From Octopus vulgaris (taxonomy: Eukaryota), in contig OX597830.1 in the NCBI GenBank assembly GCA_951406725.2, positions 38,502,001-38,566,000 on the forward strand: a stretch of 64,000 nucleotides of DNA, in the 5' to 3' direction. The first letter of the stretch is position 1; each line of letters opens with the position of its first letter. The translations under genes and the position numbers were made by a program. Under the pieces are notes generated by a model that worked only from the letters and a program-made list of their open reading frames with translations, had not been told where the DNA came from and did not search any database. Of the stretch, positions 1-17,498 are shown piece by piece.

Positions 1-1
1 A

Positions 2-90
<89 letters not shown>

Positions 91-101
91 TTATTATTAT
101 T

Positions 102-181
<80 letters not shown>

Positions 182-197
182 GGATAATAATAATAAT
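1..197. repeat. Compound (ATT)n(AGT)n(ATT)n(AAT)n microsatellite; duplicate of 7925-8087
   Basis: Directly visible; same block order as 7925-8087 with different array lengths. Confidence 0.95.
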
Positions 198-1455
198 GAG
201 AAGAAGAAGAAGAATAAGATGGATACTCACTCAAACCCATCCAAACAGGAGTACCACCACACAAACAAACCCTGTGGATAAATAACATCCAAAACAAAAT
301 ACAAAAAATGAGAAAAGATCTGTCGATTCTTAATGAAATCAGTAGACAATCAACGCTACTGAGCAACAAAAGGAAAACAAAAATACTCCGCAAATACAAC
401 ACCACAGAAAAAGATTTACCTGAGATAAAAGAAAAACTAAAACAAGATATCCTTGCCAAAGCACAAAGGATCCGCCTGTGCGACAAACGCCAGCGCTTCT
501 TTGAACAAAACAAAAAGTTCAACTCCAACCCCAAAAAGTTCTACCTAGAACTTGGCAAAAATAAAATTGAAATCACTACAGCACCAACGGCAGAAGAAGT
601 GGAAGATTTCTGGAGAGAAATATGGTCTGCGAACAAACAACCAAACAAAAAGGAGTATTAAAACAACAAACTCAGCATCTGAGCAAATTTGGACCCCCAT
701 AACAACTGAAGAGGTCACCGAGGCACTGCGTAGACTAAGCAACTGGAAGGCACCTGGGCATGACAAGATCCCCAAATTCTGGTTGAAATATCTAACAGGA
801 ATGCACAAAAAGCTGGCTGAAAACTTTAACAACATACTAGCAGAGCCAGAGACAATGCCAGAATGGCTCACGAAGGGGAAAACCATCTTAATTCCCAAAT
901 CAAATGAGACAGCAAAACCAGAAAACTACAGACCAATAACTTGTCTCCCTACAATGTACAAGGAATTTACTGCAGTGATATCGCAAAGGTTGAACAAGCA
1001 CCTGGATGAAAACAACCTGTTTCCAGAAGAGCAGAAAGGATGCCGCAAAGGCTCATATGGCTGTAAAGATCAACTAATGATTAATAAAGCCATAACTGAA
1101 GACAGCCACAGAAAGAAGAAAGGCACCAGTATGGCCTGGATCGACTACAAAAAGGCGTTTGATAGTATCCCACACACATGGATCCTCGAAACACTAGCCA
1201 TTAACAAAGTAGCACCAACAATTATAAAATTCATAGGACACTCTATGAATAAATGGCAAACAGTGCTACAGCTCCAAACAAAAGAAGGACTCACGAAAAC
1301 CAAAGCCATCCCCACTAGAAGAGGAATATTCCAGGGAGACACGCTCTCTCCACTCCTTTTCTGCTTGGCACTGTCACCTCTATCTGATATGCTAAATAGA
1401 ACTGGATGCGGATATAAATGTTACGGCAAAACGATCAGCCACATTTTATATATGG
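198..1455 (+). mobile_element. Truncated duplicate of the R4/Dong non-LTR retrotransposon at 8088-11066 (RT N-terminal part)
   Basis: Matches 8088-9345 at offset 7890. ORF 552-1490 has KAPGHDKI, NYRPITCL, EQKGCR, WIDYKKAFDS and GIFQGDTLSPLLF, and breaks at YM|AF where the full copy reads YMDD. Confidence 0.93.
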
Positions 1456-1555
1456 CTTTCCAAAACATAAGAAAAGCCGTGTGCGTTTAAAGGATCGTAT
1501 TGAAATAATTCTGTAATATCCTGCAATATTTGTATGTATTAAATGAAATCAGAGC
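1453..1555 (+). repeat. 103-bp copy of 13091-13193
   Basis: tggctttccaaaacataagaaaagccg...atgaaatcagagc reads the same at both loci. Confidence 0.95.
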
Positions 1556-1639
1556 TTACTTCTACGAGTAAGGTGATGATAACAATTTCTTGAGGTACAT
1601 GGAAGTACCTGAGAAGAGGCTGTACGATTAACAGTACAA

Positions 1640-2030
1640 AATACAATTGATTGCTGGTCAATAACCTGAAGCTAACAATGCGCATGAAAATGTTAAGCCT
1701 ATTGCCGAAAATAATTTTGTTGTCGCCTGACAATGCACGCCCACATAAAGCCGCCCAAGCTGTTGAAACTATTAACCAATTGGGTTTTGAGGTGCTGGAA
1801 CACCTGCCTACAGTTCAGTTCTTGTCCCCTCCGACTACCATATCTTTGGATTGCTCAGAGATGGTTGAAGAGGTCATCGATTTCCTACGGATGAATATGT
1901 AGAAGTAGCGATGCATAGATGGCTGCTCTACCAATCTAAAACCTTCTTGGAGGACATATGCTATCTTATAGACCGATGTACCAAGTGCATTGAAAAGGAA
2001 GGAGACTATGTAGATAAATGGCGTACTTTT
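1640..2030 (+). mobile_element. Decayed mariner transposase C-terminal fragment
   Basis: DNARPH...LGFEVLEH, then after a frameshift YSSVLVPSDYHIF (cf. HPPYSPDLAPSDYHLF) and RCTKCIEKEGDYVDK. Confidence 0.85.
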
Positions 2031-2061
2031 TCTATCTCCTGCTTTCGTTTGTATATATGGA

Positions 2062-2216
2062 TATACACGACGGGCTTCTTCCGTTTCCGTCTACCAAATT
2101 CACTCACAAGAAATTAGTAGAAGACACTTAACCATAGTAGAAGGCAATTCGATTGAACACAGAACCATGTGTTTCGGAAGCAAGTATCTTACCACACACC
2201 ACACAGCCACACCTAT
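2062..2216 (-). mobile_element. tRNA-derived SINE, 5' part (family of 24351-24752)
   Basis: Reverse complement reads gtggctgtgtggtgtggtaag...cttgtgagtgaatttggtagacggaaacggaagaagcccgtcgt, matching the 24.3-kb copy. Confidence 0.85.
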
Positions 2217-2253
2217 GTATATATGTGTGTGTGCGCGTGAGTATGTACACAAT

Positions 2254-2648
<395 letters not shown>

Positions 2649-3233
2649 TTTTTTTTTCTAGTTTCAGCTCAGAGCTGCGGCCATGCTGATGCACCGCCGT
2701 TTTGCGCTACACTGTTATTGCGACGAATCTCGTCTAATATGTGGCACTTGGTGAAGAATGGAGTCTGATACAGCTACTTTCATTTGCACCTCTTGTCGTG
2801 AGGTAGATTCATCTGGGACTCTTGACAGGAAGATGTCCAGCTTTGATTTAAAAACCGCTACATCTACTTTGTGCACGTTTCTCAGACTCTTTGGGAGAAT
2901 ATTAAAAAGCTGTGGGCCCTTCAAACCCAGGCTGTTGCAGAAGCTGATCCTGAAGCGTGATGGCATTGCTGGGATCTTTGGCACTATGCACTGTCGTCCC
3001 GTTCTAGCATTGGTGTAGCTTACAATGCCAGAATTTGGCACAATTCCTTCCAGGATCTTCCAGACATATATTACTGCATAGCTCTCCCGTCTTCTCTCCA
3101 GGGAGTAGAGTTTTAGCTGTTTCAACCCTTCCAAGTAGCTGAGCTGTTGCAAAGAGACGATCTTCTTTGTGAATCTTCTCTGGATTGCTTCAAGGTCTGC
3201 TGTTAATTTTACACTGGTGGGTGACCATAGCTG
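2649..3233 (-). mobile_element. CR1-like LINE 3' fragment with 3' UTR and A tail
   Basis: QLWSP...LEAIQRRFTKKI...LKLYSLERRRESYAVIYVWKILEG is a CR1-clade ORF2 C-terminus; it ends in a stem-loop and poly-A. Confidence 0.85.
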
Positions 3234-3270
3234 TATATATATATATACATAGATATTTATGTATGTATAT

Positions 3271-3375
3271 ATATATTTATGTATACTCATATATGGTCTT
3301 GCTTTTCTTAGGTATTATTCCATACTACATTATATTGTTAGACTAGAAAAAATAAAAATAATATAAACGGAGAAA

Positions 3376-3423
<48 letters not shown>

Positions 3424-3831
3424 TATATACATTTCCAACGTGTTGCTTCCCACGTGTTGCTTCCCACGTGTTGTAGTCTCTAGTTTCAAATTAGAATCTA
3501 TGTTTGATTTAATTTACGCAATCTCCCTCTGTTTTCCAGGAGAGACAATGGCTATACAACAGCATGGACTCAGCCACTGACTGAAATAAGTAGAAGATAA
3601 AAGAAAAAATGTGAGCGATTATGTGTAATCATGCACCATTCCTGAAATAATCTCTGAGCCGTTTAAATAATCTAGTTACGTTGTTTTCGCCTGGACTCGA
3701 AAATGTATACATTGTACACTACGTAAGTACATATAATGTGCTATTATATATAATTTGCGTGTCCTGATTCCATATAATAATTCTTTTATAGTTCATGTAC
3801 TCTTACTTGCTCTCGATCATCCGAAGCATAA

Positions 3832-3892
<61 letters not shown>

Positions 3893-4633
3893 CATGTGTA
3901 TATATATATATATGTATATATATATAAACATAAAAACATATATATATGTATGTTTGTGCGTACATGTATACATATATTGAGTTTTCTAATATTGAATATG
4001 AAATCATGTACGTTTGCTACGTGATCTTTTGTGCACGATTCCATCCTTATTAGGTTTCCATAATTTACTGTTTAAAATATTCTGAAAACATATACATTTA
4101 GACAACGGCGATAAAGAAATACTTATTTTCTAGAGACCACAAATACACAATTCTCTTTCAATGATGGTTCATTTGTATTAAGGCTATAATATCTCAAATG
4201 TATCAGCATCCATATTAAAACATAACATATCATTTTAGCTTCAAGTGGCTGCCTGAAAATATACCTTTCATTCTACATTTGAATCTGTTTGTGTGAGAAA
4301 CAGTTAAAAAAGAAAAACATAAATCGCATCAGAGAGTGTTACTAAATATTTACGAAATATTTACTTAAATAAAGGCTGGGTTTTTGTAGGAAAGTATACG
4401 TAGTGACACGAGAACTGCCATTGTTTGTAAACGCGATTATCTCGTTATTTATTTTAGAGGTGATGTTAGCACCGGTCAAGAGTTTTGCCATTGTTTTCGC
4501 ATATCAAACTGTTCTCAAACTGTTCTTAATATATTTATGTATACTCATATATGGTCTTGCTTTTCTTAGGTATTATTCCATACTACATTATATTGTTAGA
4601 CTAGAAAAAATAAAAATAATATAAACGGAGAAA

Positions 4634-4689
<56 letters not shown>

Positions 4690-5087
4690 TAGATATATAC
4701 ATTTCCAACGTGTTGCTTCCCACGTGTTGTAGTCTCTAGTTTCAAATTAGAATCTATGTTTGATTTAATTTACGCAATCTCCCTCTGTTTTCCAGGAGAG
4801 ACAATGGCTATACAACAGCATGGACTCAGCCACTGACTGAAATAAGTAGAAGATAAAAGAAAAAATGTGAGCGATTATGTGTAATCATGCACCATTCCTG
4901 AAATTATCTCTGAGCCGTTTAAATAATCTAGTTACGTTGTTTTCGCCTGGACTCGAAAATGTATACATTGTACACTACGTAAGTACATATAATGTGCTAT
5001 TATATATAATTTGCGTGTCCTGATTCCATATAATAATTCTTTTATAGTTCATGTACTCTTACTTGCTCTCGATCATCCGAAGCATAA

Positions 5088-5154
<67 letters not shown>

Positions 5155-5783
5155 CATGTGTATATATATATATATGTATATATATATAAACATAAAAACA
5201 TATATATATGTATGTTTGTGCGTACATGTATACATATATTGAGTTTTCTAATATTGAATATGAAATCATGTACGTTTGCTACGTGATCTTTTGTGCACGA
5301 TTCCATCCTTATTAAGTTTCCATAATTTACTGTTTAAAATATTCTGAAAACATATACATTTAGACAACGGCGATAAAGAAATACTTATTTTCTAGAGACC
5401 ACAAATACACAATTCTCTTTCAATGATGGTTCATTTGTATTAAGGCTATAATATCTCAAATGTATCAGCATCCATATTAAAACATAACATATCATTTTAG
5501 CTTCAAGTGGCTGCCTGAAAATATACCTTTCATTCTACATTTGAATCTGTTTGTGTGAGAAACAGTTAAAAAAGAAAAACATAAATCGCATCAGAGAGTG
5601 TTACTAAATATTTACGAAATATTTACTTAAATAAAGGCTGGGTTTTTGTAGGAAAGTATACGTAGTGACACGAGAACTGCCATTGTTTGTAAACGCGATT
5701 ATCTCGTTATTTATTTTAGAGGTGATGTTAGCACCGGTCAAGAGTTTTGCCATTGTTTTCGCATATCAAACTGTTCTTAATAT
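3271..5783. repeat. Tandem duplication of about 1.26 kb (3271-4532 and 4529-5783)
   Basis: Near-identical copies; the junction shares ATAT. Confidence 0.95.
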
Positions 5784-6189
5784 GTTGAATAAGATAAATA
5801 TTATAACTTTTTATTTGCTTAAATGAGATTAATGATGAAATAAGCTAGAAACGCTGCTAGTACATCTCAATACCAACAACTCTGAATAGCACAAATAATA
5901 ACATATGGCCATCGGACATGTAATTTGCTGAGGAATATTATATAATAAATGTTACGAGCAAGATTTGGACCATACTGGCATTTGCACACTCTAAACAGGA
6001 AAATTCTCCTATAATTATAAAATGAAGGTTGCTCATCCATGTTTTCGCATGGAAATATGTATGTTTATTACTTGCATAATTGACAGATACCTTCATCTAT
6101 AAAGAAAGAGAAAACATACATATACCGCCCTATGAGAAAACGAACACAATCTCACACCCACTATACACAACTGGAAAAAAATACTGCCG

Positions 6190-6430
<241 letters not shown>

Positions 6431-7294
6431 CTAAGAAAGAGAGAGAAGGGACAGATTAGTAAATGGATATATAGATTGTGATAGAGATGAAGGTATACAT
6501 ACATACAGACATACACAATTAAGTATACACATATACATCAAATTGATTTATTTATACATTTATTTATATATCTGTGTGTCTGTGTCTGTGCCTGTGTGTG
6601 TAAGTGAGGTGTGAATATCATTCTGTCATTGCTTTCCCAAAGTTTCCAATTCATTCCCATGTTACACTCAGTATAATTTACCGAATAAGATGCTATTAAA
6701 TTGCATCATATTTTCCTTCCTAAAGTTATTAAAAACTATATGTCTTGGAATAACCAAGAATGATCATATGCCAAATCGCAGAATAATTACGGGCTTACTG
6801 TTTCAACGCGCGCTAGAGAAGTCATAATTGTCTACTTGGATATAAAATTAACATCGAAATAATAAAGTAAAAACAAATATTACGGGACAAGTATAATGAT
6901 CACTTAAATGCACACGTCTTACGTGTGGTCTAAACAAAGATATTAACTTGTTGAATTACCAAGTGATTTTCTTTCTCGTATCCAGTATTGAATTTTGTTC
7001 TATTTCCTGAATTTAAATAAGTATTATCATTTTTTATAATTTTCATTCTATAAATCCTTACTTAATTATCAATGAAAATATGAAAATATTTGAGAATATT
7101 TGTTATAGAGATGTAAAAAATAAATTAAATTACAATTTCCATTCCACTACCAGCATTTTGAATAAAATGAATGATTTTAAAAATTACATAACTTTTCTTC
7201 TGGTTTCAATAGAGAAAAGAAACAAATTCTGAAGTCATCTTCAGTTACTATAATTTCTGTTTTAGTCATAAAGCTGGAAATTCCGACGGAGGGT

Positions 7295-7395
7295 TCCACT
7301 CGACTAAATTGATCGTAGTACTTCACTGGTACTTCGAATTATCGAACAAGGAGGGATGGAGTACAACGTTGACTTTGGCAGCTTTTTATGAGAGA
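7295..7395 (-). mobile_element. Decayed SINE fragment (family of 51660-51810)
   Basis: Reverse complement gccaaagtcaacg...cgataattcgaagtaccagtgaagtact resembles gccgaggtcgac...cgataaaataagtaccagttgagcac. Confidence 0.5.
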
Positions 7396-7491
7396 TCACT
7401 TTTTTCTCTATCGAATATATATGTAGACACACACACACACCCACGAACAAACAAACAATAATAATAATCATAATAATACTAACAATAGATA

Positions 7492-7924
7492 CCCTGATGC
7501 ATTGCCAAGCACTGGATGTCATGGCTTCTGATCTTAACTGGCTGGCAGTTTTATCATGTTTATTGTTTTGTGTTGGTATAAAAAATGGACTACATCAAAT
7601 ATTCTACTCAGTACCACCAATTCACTTGGAAGTTGATTGACGATAACCATTTGAGCATGGGTGTATAATATTCTTAAAAAACCCATATTCATGGACTATT
7701 TGAGCAAGGTGGGCTGCGCAATCGGAAGAGAATTATGACTGGGCCCCACCTGCAAGGTCATTCGTTGTTTATCTTGAAATGAGATCACCATGTTGCGCAC
7801 ACATGGTTGTGGTGCATGTGCCTGGTGTACCCTTATCAGTTGCGTAGTCATGATGGGTATATCGGGCTTCATATGTTTTACCCCAATGTCACTTTTGTGG
7901 TATGCACTGCTCTCTCATTCAATG

Positions 7925-7925
<1 letters not shown>
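7492..7925 (+). mobile_element. Non-coding interspersed repeat next to TAA-type arrays (second copy 37828-38382, minus)
   Basis: Shared blocks ccctgatgca, gcttctgatcttaa, cacctgcaaggtcat and gcatgtgcctggtgtacccttatcag. Confidence 0.8.
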
Positions 7926-11225
<3,300 letters not shown>

Positions 11226-11542
11226 GAATGCGGAGATCTGAATAATAAATACGGAGATGCCAAGATATGGAAGCTACGGGAGTCAAACATAAATGTTGTC
11301 ACTGTTGTCATCGGAGCATTATGTTCAATACTACCCAAACTGAAGAAATATCTGGAAACTTTGGAAATTACACATAAATCGAGATATATTGCATTAATTG
11401 GCATCACTTGAAACTGCGCCCATAGTGTGTAACCTGCTGTCCTTTTTACTGTTTTGACAGACTGCACAAAGCCCCAGTAGACTCAATATCATCAATCAAC
11501 AATATAACATTGTTGGATACTGTTCGACGTCTTAAATACTGG
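11226..11542 (+). mobile_element. 3' fragment of a second, older R4/Dong-like family
   Basis: Translates AKIWKLRESNINVVTVVIGALCSILPKLKKYLETLEI, similar to RMWNLKTETIPIIVGALG in the adjacent element; lies between TAA and TGA arrays. Confidence 0.7.
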
Positions 11543-11546
11543 TGAC

Positions 11547-11580
<34 letters not shown>

Positions 11581-11587
11581 GTGGTGG

Positions 11588-11646
<59 letters not shown>

Positions 11647-11659
11647 GTGATGATGATGG

Positions 11660-11710
<51 letters not shown>

Positions 11711-11770
11711 CGATCATGATGATGATGATGATGATGATGGTGACGACGATGATGATGATGAAGATGATGG

Positions 11771-11806
<36 letters not shown>

Positions 11807-11838
11807 CGATGATGCTGATGATGATCATGACGGTGATA
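11543..11838. repeat. (GAT)n microsatellite
   Basis: Directly visible. Confidence 0.95.
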
Positions 11839-13587
11839 AACTTGACTCTTCCGTCGAAGACTACGTACTAGAATTCAGCTCTCTTACTGGATGACCTGCA
11901 CACATATTCTGTTTACAGTGAACAAATATAAGTGTTGCACATTAGCTCACTCCCTCCATCAAATCGATATTCTTTGTACAGGTGCACATTGTGACACGTG
12001 TGAGGAGCCGAATTATTTGAAGAGCAACATGAAATTAATAAAACGCATTACCCCGTCTAAGCATTGAAATCCACGAACTCGTGATCATGAGTGAAATACC
12101 AATTTCAAAAGAAGGGATAATCCGATCACATCGAGCCTAATCAATTTATCATATTTCCTTTGAATTATATTCTTGTATTTTTTCCTATTCCACACTTGAT
12201 CACGTGTTCTTTGTTCACTGCCGTTAGTAATTACTTTGTGCCGGTCTATAGATAGTTTAGTAAGCTTCTACCTTCAATTAAACATCTTCCACATCAATTA
12301 AACCTCTTACATCCTGGCTTCCTCAACCGGTTAATGTTCGATTTCAGGTGATGGACTCCATATATTGTCTACAGTTTTCTAGTTTCACTATGTCGCTTCT
12401 TGTGCAATCCACAAGTCGAGCTCGACGTCTGAAAGCTTGGACTGATCTTGAATTTATCGCTTCAATAACATTTTTTAAAAATCCTACCTTCACTGTAATA
12501 TTTTTCTCACTTTCCCTATATACTACCTATTTATAATTTGTTTCATATATTACTTCCTCAGCCTCCAATATTCACAAATGCTTATAGTGCTACCCTTTCT
12601 CCACTTCAGTCATTGTTTAACCATGTGTCATCTCAATTCCTTGGTTGCCTTCAAATCTTAAAATCAATATAACACACTCTTCCATCCCGAATTCCATAGT
12701 TACATGATTTCATAAAATACGAAGAGTATGTACCTGACTTTCTAGTCGCACCATGTTTTTGATATTAATTTTTATATGTATCCATGTATAACTTTCAACT
12801 CCAGACAAACGTAAATGAAATGCGAATGTGTGCTATATGAAAGTATTATCGTCATGTATTTTGCTGAAAGACGTGAAATATAGGACATAGTGTTAAGAAA
12901 TTCAATGAGAATTGTAATTTAAACTGAAGATAAAGCGACTATATCTTCAATGCCAATGGTAAATTTATGAAATAATTCTAAATGAAATATTTGAGTAAGA
13001 TGAATTCGTTTCTGATTTTATTGTTATCGCTATGAATGTCATTACTGAGGTGAATTATGAATAATGAAAATTAGATAATGATATTCCCGCTGGCTTTCCA
13101 AAACATAAGAAAAGCCGTGTGCGTTTAAAGGATCGTATTGAAATAATTCTGTAATATCCTGCAATATTTGTATGTATTAAATGAAATCAGAGCGAGATAT
13201 TTATAATCCTTTCACGTAAAGAAATATGTGATTTCACTTGTATTTCTCCAAGCGTACATTCGATTCCATACGTCGTAAAAGATAACATATATTTAGAGAA
13301 AGGAAGGAACTATCTCGTTTTGTAGTACATGACGTAATTAAGAGGAGACATTTCATGAAAAACATAGTCTATAACAGCTTACAGGTATATGTAAATGATA
13401 CTGTTTTTGTAAAAGGTAAGTGTATGTACGCAAATATATGTGAACAAAATAAGCATAAACAAAAACAACAACAACAAAACAAATTACATGAACGTATATA
13501 AACAGACGATACAAATATTAGAGGCATCCCCCCAACACACACACTAAATAAACATAGACGCACATAGAGATATAAGCATGCGCAAAT

Positions 13588-13821
13588 GAAGACATACAAT
13601 AAAAATACAAAATGGCTGACGGTTAGTAAGGAGAGACACAAATAAGAAATAAGAAAACAAAGGACCACTGATGCGGTCACAGGAGTGTGGCGAAAGAACT
13701 CTGGCCGAAATAAGATTAAGATTAATGTAAAAAATAAATAACACTGAAGCAAAGTAACACCAAATATATAGTGCGTGTGTTTTTATTGGCTAAACTGGCA
13801 AGATGACCATTCCGAAATATA

Positions 13822-13822
<1 letters not shown>
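13588..13822 (+). mobile_element. Penelope-like terminal-repeat fragment with hammerhead-like motif (second copy 40750-41050)
   Basis: About 235 bp closely match 40750-40984; abuts (TA)n; contains CTGATGCG-stem-GAAA. Confidence 0.7.
13662..13706 (+). ncRNA. Variant minimal type I hammerhead ribozyme
   Basis: GGACCA CTGATGCG GTCACA-GGAG-TGTGGC GAAA G-AA-C TC TGGCC; the core deviates at A9. Confidence 0.6.
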
Positions 13823-13873
<51 letters not shown>

Positions 13874-15219
13874 CGCATACATTTATGCAAGCTTACATAT
13901 GCATGTATATATATATATATGAGAATATTATTAAATTTAAGATATATACGTACATGCGTGTGTGTCTGTGTATTATACCTGAATATTATTTAAAGATCAG
14001 AGTGTAGGAAATTTGTAATCTCCAAGCAGGTGTCGGTTCCTATAGAGAAAAATTGAACAGTATACGATATAGATGCAATAATAATTTATTGGCATCGAGA
14101 GTTACATAATTTCCTTCATATCGAAGTTGCAAAAGATTCGATTTGCTGATATTTTCTATCATTATTAGAAGCTAATGCTGCTAAAAATGAAATTTCTAAA
14201 TTAGGGGAGTGGAACAGGTAAAAATGTAAACTACATGTTTCTCAACTGTCTAAGTCTTGCTTTGCAAGTGTTACACAATGATTTCTATATAGCTTGCTCA
14301 ATCATTGGGCTGATGTCATCTTAGAGAAGTTCATACTGTCGCACAGAATTCCTAACTCAACCACAACGCACAAATAAAACGAAAATGAAAAAGCATGTTT
14401 AAAGAACAAAAGAACGATTTAGTAGAAAGTGAGATGCAAAATATGCGTAGTGCGGATGTGGTTTAGAGTCAAAGAATACGAAGGAAAGGAGTAAGAGACG
14501 CAAACAAACGAGAATAAGATTGTTGTCATTATAGCAAAAGATGGGTACTGTATTGGGGTAATAAAGCGTTTTCATAGAACATTGACGACTGATCTTCGCA
14601 GACTTCTAGTATTCTGCTGCCCAAATCTATATGAGTAAATGGGAAGAGGGCCCGGGTCGTTGAGTTCCATAGAATATACGATGTCACTACACATGCATGC
14701 ACCAGCCCTAATCAAATTATAAAAGTTAGTTACATTAATGCCTTGCACTGAATTTGTAGACAAGTGGTTCATATAACACATTATAGTGTTTTTCCAGTGA
14801 ATTGCAGAGAGACGCTTAAACATCTTCTATAATTATGCATATTGACCGTAACATGGGGTGAAAACACAACACAGACCGTTTCGCATAACAAAATCCACAT
14901 ACTCAGGGAAAGGATATTACGTAAGATATGCGTACTAAATACAAATTCTCTCAAGTTCTTAAAAGTCACTGCATAGTTACTTATGTATATTTCGTCTTAA
15001 CTTTTAAGAATTTCAGTAAATAAACCACGTACGATTATTCTTATGTCAAATATTAGTTCTGGTTGAATGAAACACCAATAAAGGTCATTGTTGAAATCAA
15101 ATCATTTAATGAAACAGTAGCGAAGCATATTATCATTGATTACCATGACAAAAATTGATTTTAGGACACATAGATTAATACTTACAAACATACATACATG
15201 AATGTATGAACATCTACAT

Positions 15220-15900
15220 ACAAGGGCTTTCCAGTAGTATTCAAATCGTTCAGTAGTCATTTATGTCAACGAGACAGAAAATTCTAATCTTCAAACTAAA
15301 TGCTTTGAATGCACTTTTTTGCTCTCTAGCCATTTTGTGAAGGCTCCATGGAGATCCTCCAAAGTGAAGGTGTCAAGCCCCTTGTCATAGTCTTCTTAAT
15401 TTTCAAAACGACAGGCTCTTCAAGTTGGGGAACTACCTAATGTCAAATGGAGCAAAGTATGGACTACAGAAAAGGTAAGCGACACTTTTGACGCTCAAAT
15501 ATGTCAGGTACTTTGTTACCAGGATAGTGGTTATCGAACACCCAGGGAACAAACTTTATATAAAGTTTGCATATAATGAGTTTTTCACGAATAATTCTGT
15601 GTACTATCACACAACCGTCTCCAGAATGTATGCTGACTACTTTTATAAACACATGACAGTCTTCATTTAGAAAATTGCGATATTTCTTAACCACGTCTGA
15701 TGTTGAGACATCCTTCTCTATCTCAAACATCTCAGCGCCTTCCACGTCCTCTCCAATGTCCTTCAATCTCTTGTGTCCTCGGAAAAATTAATCTGTAAAC
15801 AATCTGGAGCATTTCATGACAATCAGTGGTCTACGTGTCCACTTTAACAAGAAACGTTATTCTATGATGAACTTCGAAACGTTCTGATTGCATTCTGCAG
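15220..15900 (-). mobile_element. Decayed mariner remnant
   Basis: Minus ORF 15464-15766 has VHRIIREKL...KFVPW (WVP linker-like); TIR-like tacaagggc near 15220. Confidence 0.55.
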
Positions 15901-16920
15901 ATTAGGCAGCTGTGAAAACCAGTGTTTAGTAAGGTGCGTCCCAACTGTTTTTGCAGCCGTTTCCTTCAATTCGGAATAACATTTGTTGGTGGGTCGGCAT
16001 ATTACATATATAATAGTCATATCCTAAAATTAGAATAATCTGAGAAAATTATAAAGGTTTCCATTAAACAAAGTCTGAAAACGCTTGGAATCCTCCTCGT
16101 TTACATGCATATTACATGTATACACGCATACGAACGCACACACATACATACACACACACTCACAAACATACATATGTATATATATATATGTCATATATAA
16201 ATATACGTTGCTGTTCATTCATAAATGAATACAAGTATTTCAGAGAATATCCCGCTTATTATATTTGTGTGTGCATGTGTGCGTGCGTGTGTCTCTTTGT
16301 ATGTGTTCAATTCACTCCAATATATATCCGTGGCTTAATTAATGTAATAAGATGAGAAAAGATATACCATTGGGAGAAAACATTTTCGGCTGATTTAAAC
16401 CTAAAACCTACGTCAAGGGACATAATTAAAAATACTTAGAATTGTTATTTATTGGAAGTACTGAATGGACAATAAAAATGTACATTATATTCAAATCCAA
16501 CTGGTGAGATATCTTGACTAGGAAACTGGATAGTCCTAGGTAAGTATAATCTCAAATTGTGGAAGCGGATTGGATATAACTATGACTCGTATGGTTGTAA
16601 ATGTGCGAAGTGAAAGTAAAAGTAAATTATTATCTATGTAATATAGTTGAACAACGTTTTCCCTTTGCCTATAACGGAGCAATTAGCGAGCAAAACATTC
16701 ATAAAAGTACGCTTAGTATGTAAACAGCAAGTGGGGCGACGCCAGTATTATCTGCTAATTGTAATGTTTGGTATAGTAAATACTAGAAATTCTCATGTTC
16801 GTTCGGAAATGCTTGACATATAAAAGCGTTATTATTCTTGTAGATTTGATCGATGCGAAAGAAACAGTTCATTAAAAGAAACAATGTTTAAATGCTAAAT
16901 TTGATGTTTTCTCAAACGTC

Positions 16921-17065
16921 GGTGCGTAGATTAACTACATTCACTTGTTAAATCCACCGTCAATTTGACAGCACTGTACACTTGCATACTTAAAATGTTT
17001 TACTTCTCATGGAAATATTAACATTAAAGTTGCAGTTAGCTACTAACAGATGTACGGACATATGG

Positions 17066-17138
<73 letters not shown>

Positions 17139-17173
17139 GTATGTCTGTCTGTCTGTCTCTCTCTCTCTTTCTT

Positions 17174-17255
<82 letters not shown>

Positions 17256-17396
17256 TACCATATGTCCATACATTTGTTAGTAGCTAACTGCAACTTTAAT
17301 ATTTCGATGAGAAGTAAAACATTTTAAGTATGCATGTGTACATTGCTGTCAAATTGACGGTGGATTTAACAAGTGAATGTAGTTAATCTGCGCATC
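16921..17396. repeat. Inverted duplication (arms 16921-17070 and 17253-17396) around a (TATC)n(CT)n(TA)n(GA)n array
   Basis: The right arm is the reverse complement of the left, with about 7 substitutions and one 6-bp indel. Confidence 0.93.
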
Positions 17397-17397
17397 T

Positions 17398-17498
<101 letters not shown>

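Noticed and set aside
1453-1456. Splice junction (processed copy) explaining the 9345-to-13094 jump
   Set aside because: No GT-AG on either strand; TGG microhomology explains it.
14572-14823. Possible host exon (LNDPGPLPIYSYRFG)
   Set aside because: No recognisable domain and weak splice context; cannot be supported.
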